In this document: one piece after another, positions 13,847 to 22,993 of the stretch
Layout of the letters: every line of letters begins with the position of its first letter
Numbering within the stretch: the first letter of the stretch is position 1
From: Nonlabens ponticola
Lineage (GTDB): Bacteria > Bacteroidota > Bacteroidia > Flavobacteriales > Flavobacteriaceae
DNA length: 32,000 nucleotides
Assembly (NCBI RefSeq): GCF_003966335.1
Contig: NZ_CP034549.1
Span: 1,770,001-1,802,000, forward strand
Reading direction: 5' to 3'
The notes under the pieces: generated by a model
Database searches by the model: none
Seen by the model: only the letters and a program-made list of their open reading frames with translations
What the model was told of the DNA's origin: nothing
Translations under genes and position numbers: made by a program

Positions 13847-16261
13847 ATGAGAATTCTAGTAATAATTGCAATAATCCTGGCTGGTAGCACCTTAACTTCT
13901 TGTAAGGCGAGAAAAAATGTTGATGATTTAGCTTTCGCGAAAGCGCAATCAACCAAAACACCTCAACAATTCAAGGGCTTCTTCAATTTCAATTATGATG
14001 TAAACAAGGGCGCTATATCGCTAGAAGTCAAAGATCTAGATAGCGAATTTCTCTACGTACACGCGCTGGCAACAGGATTGGGATCCAATGATATAGGATT
14101 GGATCGAGGCCAGTTGGGTGGTGGCGTTGTGGTAAAATGGATCAAGGCAGGCAACAAATTACTGCTCGTTCAACCCAATTTATCCTATCGTGCAATTACC
14201 GAAAATAACGAAGAACAAGCCAGCGTGGAAGAGGCTTTTGCACGATCTGTACTGTATGGATTTGAGATCAAAAAGACCGTTGATGACGTCCATACCATTG
14301 ACTTGACACCATTCCTACTAGAAGATGCTCATGGCGTGGCACAACGATTAAAATCTAGAAACCAGGGAATCTACAAAATAGATAAATCGCGCAGCGCATT
14401 GTGGATGGAAAATACTATGGCATTTCCCGATAATGTGGAGTTTCAAGCCATGCTCACATTCACTGGTGAGCCTAAAGGTAGCGACCTGCGTAGCGTGGCT
14501 CCAGATGCGAGCAGCGTGAGTGTGATCCAGCATCACAGTTTTGTACGCTTGCCTGATGATCAGTATGAACCTAGAGAATTTCACCCGAGATCAGGATCAT
14601 TTTACACTAGTTATCTAGATTACAGTACACCTATCTCGCAGCCCATTCGGAAGCGATTGATCACCAGACATAGACTCGCCAAAAAGAATCCAGAACTAGC
14701 TATGAGTGAGCCAGTAGAGCCTATCATCTACTATCTGGATCCTGGTACGCCACAACCAGTGCGCGATGCGCTTATCGATGGTGCCAGTTGGTGGAACGAG
14801 GCTTTTGAAGCTGCAGGATATAAAAATGCCTTTCAGGTAAAAATGTTACCTGCTGATGCACATCCACTAGATGTGCGCTACAATGTGATACAATGGGTGC
14901 ATCGCAGTACGCGTGGCTGGAGTTATGGTGGCTCGATAACAGATCCTAGAACTGGCGAAATCATAAAAGGGCATGTTTCATTAGGTAGTTTGCGCATACG
15001 TCAGGATTACATGCTGGCGCAAGGAATGCTAGATAAGCCTTTTGCAAACGGTCAGGAATCACCAGAAATGCTAGAAATGGCACTGGCTCGTATCAGACAA
15101 CTAGGCGCGCATGAGGTAGGTCACACGCTGGGTTTTGCCCATAATTTTGCTGCGAGCATGAGCGATCGCGCTAGTGTCATGGATTATCCGCATCCCAAGT
15201 ATGATTTGAAAAATGGCAAGATTGATCTATCTGATGCTTATGATACAGGCATAGGTGAATGGGATAAATTGACGGTGCAATATTCTTATGGCGATCCAGC
15301 GGCTGGACAGTCGCAGGAAGAATACTTGCAATCCATTTTACAGAAAGCCATTGATCAAGATTTGCTCTTCATTACAGATAGTGATGCGCGCGCTAGCAGC
15401 GGTGCGAGTGCAGACGCACATTTATGGGATAGCGGAGAAAGCGCCGTCGATGAATTGGAACGTATCCTTAAGGTACGTCAGGTAGCTATGAAGCAATTTG
15501 GCCTGGATAATATTCCTAATGGGCAACCTATCAGTGTTCTGGAAGATGTTTTCGTACCAGTCTATTTCTCACACAGGTATCAGGTAGAGGCGGCTAGCAA
15601 GTTATTAGGTGGTATGAGATACAGCTATGCTATTAAAGGAGACCCTAAGTTCACTTATGTGCAAAAAGCAGAGCACGAAAAAGCGCTAAAAGTATTATTA
15701 AACACACTTGATGTGAATCAATTGACCATACCAGAAGATTTGTTGACTTTGTTTGCGCCTAGGTCTTATGGGTACAATCGCGACCGGGAAAGCTTCAAAT
15801 CCCAAACGGGCGTCGCTTTTGATCCAGTTGCTGCAGCTGTCACTAGTGCTGACATCACACTGGATCTCATGCTCAATGCAACAAGACTCAACCGCATCGC
15901 ACAACAAGAAATTTATGGTGATAATCTTGAATTGTCTGAGATGATTGAAGAACTAACCGATAAGATTTTCTCTAACGACACAAACACAGCTTATGAGCAA
16001 TTAATTACTGACAGAATCAAAGAACAATACGTCAACAAATTGCTGATGGCTACTAATTCATCCAGTATCAATGCTGTGGTTAAAGGCCAAATTCTTGCTC
16101 AAATCAGTAGGATAGAGAGCCTATTAAGTAAATCGAGTAATCCAACGGATAAGGTATTGCTGCAAAGCATTGAACAAGCAAGACAGCATCCTGAAATGAT
16201 CAAAGAATTACCAGTTGCAAAAATTCCAGATGGTAGTCCGATAGGTAGTTGTGGAATGTAG
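13847..16261 (+). CDS. Secreted zinc-dependent metalloprotease (lipoprotein-type signal)
   Basis: Start trimmed to ATG 13847 (MRILVIIAIILAGSTLTSCK). HExxH...H motif in LGAHEVGHTLGFAHNF. About 800 aa. Confidence 0.85.
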   Translation: MRILVIIAIILAGSTLTSCKARKNVDDLAFAKAQSTKTPQQFKGFFNFNYDVNKGAISLEVKDLDSEFLYVHALATGLGSNDIGLDRGQLGGGVVVKWIKAGNKLLLVQPNLSYRAITENNEEQASVEEAFARSVLYGFEIKKTVDDVHTIDLTPFLLEDAHGVAQRLKSRNQGIYKIDKSRSALWMENTMAFPDNVEFQAMLTFTGEPKGSDLRSVAPDASSVSVIQHHSFVRLPDDQYEPREFHPRSGSFYTSYLDYSTPISQPIRKRLITRHRLAKKNPELAMSEPVEPIIYYLDPGTPQPVRDALIDGASWWNEAFEAAGYKNAFQVKMLPADAHPLDVRYNVIQWVHRSTRGWSYGGSITDPRTGEIIKGHVSLGSLRIRQDYMLAQGMLDKPFANGQESPEMLEMALARIRQLGAHEVGHTLGFAHNFAASMSDRASVMDYPHPKYDLKNGKIDLSDAYDTGIGEWDKLTVQYSYGDPAAGQSQEEYLQSILQKAIDQDLLFITDSDARASSGASADAHLWDSGESAVDELERILKVRQVAMKQFGLDNIPNGQPISVLEDVFVPVYFSHRYQVEAASKLLGGMRYSYAIKGDPKFTYVQKAEHEKALKVLLNTLDVNQLTIPEDLLTLFAPRSYGYNRDRESFKSQTGVAFDPVAAAVTSADITLDLMLNATRLNRIAQQEIYGDNLELSEMIEELTDKIFSNDTNTAYEQLITDRIKEQYVNKLLMATNSSSINAVVKGQILAQISRIESLLSKSSNPTDKVLLQSIEQARQHPEMIKELPVAKIPDGSPIGSCGM
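13931..13944. repeat. Iterated palindrome copy 3 (GCTTTCGCGAAAGC)
   Basis: Read directly. Inside the metalloprotease, encodes LAFAKAQ. Confidence 0.95.
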
Positions 16262-16269
16262 ATTCTTGA

Positions 16270-16312
16270 AATCCCAAATCCCAAATCCCAAATTCCAAAC
16301 TCCAAATCCAAA
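16270..16312. repeat. AATCCCA heptamer run, 3 perfect units then degenerating units
   Basis: aatccca aatccca aatccca aattcca aactcca aatcca... Confidence 0.85.
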
Positions 16313-16415
16313 ACTGAGGACTGAGGCTTCTCGAAGTCCGATTGTTAAAAATCCTAAATTCCAAATTTCGAGCAGAATGCTTGTTCGAGCGTAGTCGAGA
16401 ACTACTTATGTGAGA

Positions 16416-16471
16416 AATCCCAAATCCCAAATCCCAAATCCCAAATCCCAAATCCCAAATCCCAAATCCCA
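16416..16471. repeat. AATCCCA heptamer microsatellite, 8 perfect units
   Basis: Units start at 16416, 16423, 16430, 16437, 16444, 16451, 16458 and 16465. Confidence 0.95.
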
Positions 16472-16548
16472 AATTAAAGCAAAATGCGTGTTCGAACGCA
16501 GTCGAGAACTAATTGTCATGAAGTTTAAAATTCAGATTGTCAGTATCT

Positions 16549-16604
16549 AAATACTAAATACTAAATACTAAATACTGAATACTGAAAACCGAACACTGAA
16601 TAAT
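16549..16604. repeat. AAATACT heptamer run, 4 perfect units plus about 4 degenerate units
   Basis: aaatact x4, then gaatact, gaaaacc, gaacact, gaataat. Confidence 0.85.
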
Positions 16605-16660
16605 CGAGGACAGAGGCCACTCGAAGTCCGATTGAAAGTTTAAATAAAACAACGGATTCT

Positions 16661-18217
16661 TTACAATCCACCTACCGCAGCCTCAGCACAACGTTCACCG
16701 TCCATGGCTGCACTGACAATACCACCGGCGTAGCCACCACCTTCACCGCACGGATATAGATTTTTTATTTGTGGATGTTCCAGCGTTTCAGTGCGCGGTA
16801 TTTTTACGGGAGATGATGTTCTAGATTCTACACCTACTATGTTGGCTTCATTGGTATTGTAGCCATGCATTTTGTGACCAAAAGCTGCAAAGCCTTTTCG
16901 CAATCTACTGCCTATGAGTTTGGGTAATAAACTATGTAACGGCGCACTATGCAATCCAGGCTGATAAGAGGTTTCATTGAGAGTATCGGACAGTTTACCA
17001 TCAACAAAATCCGTCAATCGCTGTGCTGGAGCCGTTTGTGATTTACCGCCTGCGGTAAAAGAAAGTTGTTCTAGATTTTTTTGAAATTCCAATCCAGCCA
17101 GCGCGCCATGTTTTTCAAATGATTTGAGATCGGTATCGGCATTGATTTCGACCACTATGCCAGAGTTGGCAAACTTATTATTGCGTCGCGATGGCGACAT
17201 ACCATTGACTACGACTTCGCCAGATTGGGTGGCAGCAGGAACGATAAAACCACCAGGACACATACAAAAAGAATAGACGCCGCGGCCTTTTATTTGCTGT
17301 ACCAGACTGTAAGACGCAGCTGGCAACAACTCGCTACGCTCGCCGTCACAACTGTATTGAATAGAATCAATGATATGTTGCGGATGCTCAACACGCACGC
17401 CCATGGCAAATGATTTGGCTTCAATCGTCACTTTTTTGCGATGCAGTAATTCAAAAATATCTCTAGCGGAATGGCCTGTTGCTAGTATCACTTTATTTAC
17501 GGCGACTTCATCTTGATCATTTAATATTAATGAGGTTATCGCATCATTTCTTAAAATAAAATCAGTGACTCTCGTCTCAAAATGGATCTCACCACCATAC
17601 TGTAAGATGGTTTCCCGTATGCGCTGGATGATTTTGGGTAGCTTGTTCGTACCTATATGCGGATGCGCATCTACTAGAATTTCGTTAGTCGCGCCATGAA
17701 AAACCAAGTTTTCAAAAATGCGACGCACATCGCCACGTTTCAAACTGCGCGTGTATAATTTACCATCGCTGTATGTTCCTGCGCCACCTTCGCCAAAACA
17801 ATAGTTGGAATCCTCGTCAACCACATGATCCTGATTGATGGCCTTGATATCGCGACGTCGTTTTTGCACATCCTTGCCACGTTCATAAACTACTGGTTTG
17901 TAGCCTAATTCCATACAACGCAATGCTGCATACATTCCAGCTGGGCCAAAGCCGATGATATGAACTTTTGACGCCTTAGAAACGTCTTGATAATCAAATT
18001 TATATTCGGATTCTTGAGGTAGAGGCTCGTTTATGTAAACGGCTATCTTGTAATTAAAAACCACAATCTTTTTGCGTGCATCAATAGACTTACGCAATAC
18101 CACGATGCCGTTGATATTTGACACATCTTCACCTAGGTGTAAAGCAGCTCTTCTTGTAAGATCAGGATCTTGCTCTTCTTCAGGCAAACTTACTCGCAGC
18201 TGTATCTCTTTAATCAT
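16661..18217 (-). CDS. FAD/NAD(P)-dependent oxidoreductase (COG2509-like)
   Basis: 518 aa. Dinucleotide-binding motif IIGFGPAGMYAAL. C-terminal GEGGGYAGGIVSAAMDG typical of this flavoprotein family. Confidence 0.8.
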   Translation of the reverse strand: MIKEIQLRVSLPEEEQDPDLTRRAALHLGEDVSNINGIVVLRKSIDARKKIVVFNYKIAVYINEPLPQESEYKFDYQDVSKASKVHIIGFGPAGMYAALRCMELGYKPVVYERGKDVQKRRRDIKAINQDHVVDEDSNYCFGEGGAGTYSDGKLYTRSLKRGDVRRIFENLVFHGATNEILVDAHPHIGTNKLPKIIQRIRETILQYGGEIHFETRVTDFILRNDAITSLILNDQDEVAVNKVILATGHSARDIFELLHRKKVTIEAKSFAMGVRVEHPQHIIDSIQYSCDGERSELLPAASYSLVQQIKGRGVYSFCMCPGGFIVPAATQSGEVVVNGMSPSRRNNKFANSGIVVEINADTDLKSFEKHGALAGLEFQKNLEQLSFTAGGKSQTAPAQRLTDFVDGKLSDTLNETSYQPGLHSAPLHSLLPKLIGSRLRKGFAAFGHKMHGYNTNEANIVGVESRTSSPVKIPRTETLEHPQIKNLYPCGEGGGYAGGIVSAAMDGERCAEAAVGGL

Positions 18218-18243
18218 GCTGCAAAGCTATGGATTATAAATGC

Positions 18244-18876
18244 TTATTCACTAACTCTAATATAGTGCGGACGCCTTTCTTTAACGTAATATTCTTTACG
18301 TTCATTTTCACTTTTGAAAATCAGAGGATCCATGCTATAACTCACAAAGTGACCATCATTCGTTCTAGTTCTTTTAGTGAATAGCAAATCATTCTTACCA
18401 TCGTTTTTCATCTTGAACTCCCAAATATCACCAGTTGAGAATTTTAAAGTGATCATGTTATCTCCAAAGCCATTGATATCTTCAGGGTCAGGAACTATTC
18501 TGAATTCTTTGCGATCATAGAGAGTGTCATCTTTCTTTTTATAGAATTCAATTTCTCTAGATTCAATAATTATTTTCTCATGTTTTGGGTAATTGCTTAT
18601 TTCTGAATTAAAGATCCATGTACCGCGCATCTTTTTAAATTCAGCCTCGTGATATCTAAACAAAATCCATTCAATTTGATCGCCTGCTTCACTCTTTTTT
18701 AGCTTCCTATAGTCGTGCATGTAGACCTTGTGATAATTTCTCAAAGCATCCAAATCATTAGAATCTTTTAATGCCTCGCGCGCTTTTGTAACAAAGTCGT
18801 TGAGTTTAGGCTCATCGTCTTGGCCATAGGAAAATACATAGCAAAAAAGAAGTAAGGTCAAAAGCTGGTACCTCAT
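18244..18876 (-). CDS. Exported protein of unknown function
   Basis: ORF trimmed to ATG 18876 (MRYQLLTLLLFCYVFSYGQ signal-like). The track start at 18891 is a TTG. Confidence 0.6.
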   Translation of the reverse strand: MRYQLLTLLLFCYVFSYGQDDEPKLNDFVTKAREALKDSNDLDALRNYHKVYMHDYRKLKKSEAGDQIEWILFRYHEAEFKKMRGTWIFNSEISNYPKHEKIIIESREIEFYKKKDDTLYDRKEFRIVPDPEDINGFGDNMITLKFSTGDIWEFKMKNDGKNDLLFTKRTRTNDGHFVSYSMDPLIFKSENERKEYYVKERRPHYIRVSE

Positions 18877-18943
18877 AACTTGATTTTTCAAATTTTGAAT
18901 GATGTGGATGGACGATGGTCTTAATCCTATTATATTTAAAGAT

Positions 18944-20095
18944 ATGAAACAATCTATCTATTTCTTATTGACTTTTACGTCGTTCATTCTAAATGCACAA
19001 CAACAGTATTTCCCACAATCAACCGCTAGCTGGGAAACTATTTCCTATCAAGAAGCTGGACTGGATGCAGATAAGATGGATGATGTGGTAGCTTTCGCGA
19101 AAGCTAACGAGTACAAAGGCTCCAGAGATTTGAGAATAGCTATTCTGGATGGATTCAAGAAAGAACCATTCCATGAGATATTGGGTCCTACCAAAAAGCG
19201 CGGTGGTCCAGCAGGCATGATCTTGAAAAATGGAAAGATCGTCAAGGCTTGGGGCGACGTAAATCGAGTGGACATGACATTTTCTGTCACAAAAAGTTTT
19301 CTATCAACCGTTGCAGGTATAGCATTGGATAAAGGATTAATTGCTAGCGAGAATGACACCGTAGCAAATTATGTTTGGGATGGCACCTTTGCTGGTAAGC
19401 AGAATTCGCAGATCACTTGGAGCCAATTATTACAACAAAACAGCGCCTGGCAAGGTGAGTTGTATGGCGTCAAGGACTGGGCAGACCGACCACCACGTGA
19501 TGGTGACGTTGATGATTGGCAGTATGCGCAGCCTCATAAACCAGGTACGGTCATGGAATATAACGATGTGCGAGTAAATGTGCTAGCATACAGTTTATTG
19601 CAGGTGCATCGCAAACCGCTGCCTGTGGTCCTCAAGGAGAATATCATGGATCCAATAGGCGCGAGCATAACCTGGCGTTGGAAAGGCTATGATAACGCAT
19701 GGGAAACGGTAGATGGTCTGCAAATGAAGTCGGTTACTGGTGGTGGCCACAGCGGTGCTGGAATGTTTATTAATACAACAGACATGGCGAGATTTGGCTT
19801 GCTATTTATCAATAATGGTAACTGGAACGGCAAGCAATTGATCTCACGGGAATTTATAGATCGCGCTTTGACACCATCGACTCCAAATCCCAATTACGGA
19901 TACATGTGGTGGCTCAATAATGCGGATGGATCACGGCACTGGAATGGAGTAGGCGAGAACGTTTTTTATGCCGCTGGCTTTGGCGGTAACTTTATCATTG
20001 TTGATCGCGAGCACGACCTGGTGATCGTTACCAGGTGGTTGGAGCCTAGCAAGGTAGAGGAGTTTATGCAGCTGATTACTGCTGCTATTGACTGA
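18944..20095 (+). CDS. Serine hydrolase, beta-lactamase/transpeptidase-like family, exported
   Basis: Start trimmed to ATG 18944 (MKQSIYFLLTFTSFILNAQQ). SxxK motif in FSVTKSF. Confidence 0.75.
   Translation: MKQSIYFLLTFTSFILNAQQQYFPQSTASWETISYQEAGLDADKMDDVVAFAKANEYKGSRDLRIAILDGFKKEPFHEILGPTKKRGGPAGMILKNGKIVKAWGDVNRVDMTFSVTKSFLSTVAGIALDKGLIASENDTVANYVWDGTFAGKQNSQITWSQLLQQNSAWQGELYGVKDWADRPPRDGDVDDWQYAQPHKPGTVMEYNDVRVNVLAYSLLQVHRKPLPVVLKENIMDPIGASITWRWKGYDNAWETVDGLQMKSVTGGGHSGAGMFINTTDMARFGLLFINNGNWNGKQLISREFIDRALTPSTPNPNYGYMWWLNNADGSRHWNGVGENVFYAAGFGGNFIIVDREHDLVIVTRWLEPSKVEEFMQLITAAID
19089..19106. repeat. Iterated palindrome copy 4 (core 19091-19104, extended TAGCTTTCGCGAAAGCTA)
   Basis: Read directly. 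Inside the serine hydrolase, encodes VAFAKAN. Confidence 0.95.
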
Positions 20096-20143
20096 GACAA
20101 ATTATTGATGCGACTCCTTTAAAATAACTTAAGAAATAAGAGA

Positions 20144-22870
20144 TTGACCGAATACCCAAAAGATATCCAATTCAAGTATCCGTGGAGAAAATATCAAGAA
20201 AAAGTGCTGCGTGAACTTAATCATCACTTAAGGGATAAACACCTACATATTATCGCACCTCCAGGATCAGGTAAGACTGTTTTGGGAATTGAAGTTGCTA
20301 TAAGATTAAACAAACCTACCCTGATTCTTGGACCAACTTTGGCCATACGTAACCAATGGATACAACGGTTTTGTGAGCTTTTTCTACAAACCAATGTCAC
20401 GCCAGATTGGATTTCGCGTGATATTAGAAATCCTGATTTTCTAACCGTGGTCACTTATCAAGGTTTACACGCAGCGTGCAATAATTGGAATCTTATAGAA
20501 GAAGAGTTTGAGGAAGAAGAGGATGCTGATGTTGAAGAAACACCATCAAGATCCTCTCGATCTGAACTTTCCAAGATTGTAGGATTGCTCCAATCTAAAA
20601 ACATTGGGACTATTGTGGTAGACGAGGCACATCACCTGAAAAAAGAATGGTGGCATACTTTGATACAGATTAAGTCTGAATTAGATCCAGTAATTGTTGG
20701 ACTAACAGCCACGCCACCTTATGATGTGAACTATACTCAATGGCATCGATACATAAGTTTAAATGGCCCGATTGATACCGAAATCTCAGTTCCAGAATTG
20801 GTAATTGAAGAAGACTTATGTCCGCATCAGGATTATGTCCATTTTACTATGCCTACCAAGGATGAGCGTCGTAAAATCATCAATTTCAGAACCAATGTTG
20901 GTAAACTGTATAGAGAGGTTAAGGCTGATGACACACTTGCAATAGCAGTAGAGCAGCATCCTATCTGGCAGAACCCATTGGATCATTTAGATTGGATCTA
21001 TGACAATCTTCAGTACTATTCGGCTATTTTAATATTCTTGAAATCTTTTGGTAAAGAAATACCAGAGTCACATCAAGAGGTCATCAATGACAAAAATGCT
21101 GAGATTCCCGCTTTTGATTATAGATGGGCTGAAGAATTATTGGAATTTTATCTGTTTAGGGAAGAAGAAGCCTTTCCCGATTTTATAGAACACCAAAAAA
21201 GACTGTTAAGCAGACTCAAAAGATACGGAGCTGTTGAACGTAATAAAGTCAATTTTCTATACAATAGAAATCTGGCTGGTTTGCTTACATCAAGTATTAG
21301 CAAAATTAATAGCATTCAAGAAATCGTCGATTTTGAACGTTCACATCTAGGTTGCGATTTACGCCTGGTTATTCTTTCGGATTATATCCGTAAGGAGTAT
21401 CTAATTAATGAAAATGAGAACAGTCTAGATCTAAATAAAATGGGAGTCATCCCAATTTTTGAGAAGTTGAGAAGATCTAATAGGGGTAAATCAAAAATAG
21501 GAGTTCTGACAGGTTCGATTATTATTATTCCTGACAACGCCTACGGTGCTTTACAAGCCAAAGCGTTCAAAAATGGTCTTGATGAGATCAACACAGTTAC
21601 CTTAACCTATGATAATGAATACCTAATCATAAATCGCACAGAGCAGAACAAAAATCAAATCGTGCATCTAATTACAGAACTCTTTGAAGATGGAGAAATT
21701 GAAATTCTTGTGGGTACAAAATCTTTGCTGGGTGAAGGTTGGGATGCACCGTGTATCAACACATTGATTTTGGCAACATTTGTTGGGTCCTTTGTCTTGT
21801 CTAATCAGATGCGAGGTAGAGCCATCAGGACTCAAAATCTAAACTTAGATAAAACTGCCAATATATGGCATCTAGCTTGTATAGATAGCTCATCGCCTAA
21901 TGGTGGTACTGACTTTGATCTTTTAAAAAGACGCTTTAGAGGTTTTGTAGGTGTGTCAAATAAAGAGAAAGGCGGTATAGAAAATGGCATGGATCGCTTG
22001 AATCTACCAGAATTAGTTCATCTTGAAAAGCAAGCAATACAGGCGAACCTGGAAATGTTCAAACAGGCTGGCAATAGAAAAAATCTAAAACAACGATGGG
22101 ATGATGCCTTAAAAACAGGAGTAACGCTAGTAGAGGAACTTAAATTACCGTTTCCCAATAAGACCAATTACCAAGCGGTAAAAACCATTCATCTCAATGA
22201 TACTATAACAAACTTTATCTACACGCTTATTGCAGCGATAGTAACGTTCTTCTTTGAAAATTTTTTAGGTGCTTTTAAAGATTTGTTCTTTGTAAAAACT
22301 ACTTGGCAATTTTATACCATTCTCTTAGTGCCACTGATGATTCTGATTGTGACCTTTGGCGGTAAAACACTCAAAGCCTTTAGGTTATATTTCAAATACC
22401 GAGATATTTCAAAGGACTTGCATAAAATTGGAGACGTCTTATTACGTTCTTTAATTCATGCTAACGTTATTAAATCGAGCTACTCTAGCTATAAGGTGAT
22501 TACATCGGTCAATGAGTATGGGACAGTTTATTGTCATCTAGAAGGTGGAACTACCTATGATAAGTCAACTTTCATAAATGCGCTTCAGGAGATTGTCTCA
22601 GTAGTTGATAATCCTAGATGCATCCTAATAAGGAAGAATAAACTGATGGGTTATCTGAGCCAAAAAGACTATCATGCCATTCCAGAAGTTTTGGGTCGCA
22701 ATAAGAAAACAGCGTTATTTTTTAAAGACACTTGGGAGCAATACGTGGGTGATTGTGAGTTGATCTTTACAAGAACCGTAGAAGGTAGAAAGTTTGTTCT
22801 CACGTCAAGAATGAAGTCTCTTGCATCCCAATTTGATGAAGAGGCTGAACATGTCAATATATGGAGGTAG
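20144..22870 (+). CDS. SF2 DEAH-box helicase-family protein with two predicted transmembrane helices in the C-terminal third
   Basis: 908 aa with TTG start as called. Motif I APPGSGKT, motif II VVDEAHH, motif III LTATP, motif VI QMRGRAIR. Hydrophobic segments ITNFIYTLIAAIVTFFFENFLGAF and WQFYTILLVPLMILIVTFGG (about 22204-22365). Confidence 0.8.
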   Translation: MTEYPKDIQFKYPWRKYQEKVLRELNHHLRDKHLHIIAPPGSGKTVLGIEVAIRLNKPTLILGPTLAIRNQWIQRFCELFLQTNVTPDWISRDIRNPDFLTVVTYQGLHAACNNWNLIEEEFEEEEDADVEETPSRSSRSELSKIVGLLQSKNIGTIVVDEAHHLKKEWWHTLIQIKSELDPVIVGLTATPPYDVNYTQWHRYISLNGPIDTEISVPELVIEEDLCPHQDYVHFTMPTKDERRKIINFRTNVGKLYREVKADDTLAIAVEQHPIWQNPLDHLDWIYDNLQYYSAILIFLKSFGKEIPESHQEVINDKNAEIPAFDYRWAEELLEFYLFREEEAFPDFIEHQKRLLSRLKRYGAVERNKVNFLYNRNLAGLLTSSISKINSIQEIVDFERSHLGCDLRLVILSDYIRKEYLINENENSLDLNKMGVIPIFEKLRRSNRGKSKIGVLTGSIIIIPDNAYGALQAKAFKNGLDEINTVTLTYDNEYLIINRTEQNKNQIVHLITELFEDGEIEILVGTKSLLGEGWDAPCINTLILATFVGSFVLSNQMRGRAIRTQNLNLDKTANIWHLACIDSSSPNGGTDFDLLKRRFRGFVGVSNKEKGGIENGMDRLNLPELVHLEKQAIQANLEMFKQAGNRKNLKQRWDDALKTGVTLVEELKLPFPNKTNYQAVKTIHLNDTITNFIYTLIAAIVTFFFENFLGAFKDLFFVKTTWQFYTILLVPLMILIVTFGGKTLKAFRLYFKYRDISKDLHKIGDVLLRSLIHANVIKSSYSSYKVITSVNEYGTVYCHLEGGTTYDKSTFINALQEIVSVVDNPRCILIRKNKLMGYLSQKDYHAIPEVLGRNKKTALFFKDTWEQYVGDCELIFTRTVEGRKFVLTSRMKSLASQFDEEAEHVNIWR

Positions 22871-22949
22871 CAGATTAATTACTTTTACTCATTCCTTATT
22901 TCAACTACTTGATTCTTTACGATCAAGGAAAGAATTTTTGCAAAATAAT

Positions 22950-22980
22950 AAAGCCCGATCTCTCGATCGGGCTTTATTTT
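22950..22980. terminator. Bidirectional rho-independent terminator between convergent helicase and katG
   Basis: AAAGCCCGATC-tctc-GATCGGGCTTT 11-bp stem, followed by ATTTT on the plus strand and TATTATTTTG on the minus strand. Confidence 0.8.
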
Positions 22981-22993
22981 AATCAAACAGGTT

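Larger units (their letters stand above)
16262..16645. repeat. Composite intergenic repeat block: three heptanucleotide microsatellites interleaved with two pairs of ~35-45 bp direct repeats
   Basis: See the sub-features. Module pairs: GAGGACTGAGGCTTCTCGAAGTCCGATTG (about 16315-16343) vs GAGGACAGAGGCCACTCGAAGTCCGATTG (about 16606-16634), and GCAGAATGCTTGTTCGAGCGTAGTCGAGAACTA (about 16373-16405) vs GCAAAATGCGTGTTCGAACGCAGTCGAGAACTA (about 16479-16511). Confidence 0.85.

Noticed and set aside
16099-16472. ORFs 16099-16311 and 16200-16472 encoding GFGIWDLGFGIWDL repeats
   Set aside because: The repeated peptide is just the translation of the AATCCCA heptamer microsatellite on the opposite strand. 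There is no start context or family signal.
16270-16604. Heptamer microsatellites as a phase-variation switch
   Set aside because: They lie between the 3' ends of two convergent genes, not in a promoter or a 5' coding region. A unit length of 7 would shift frames, but no ORF depends on them.
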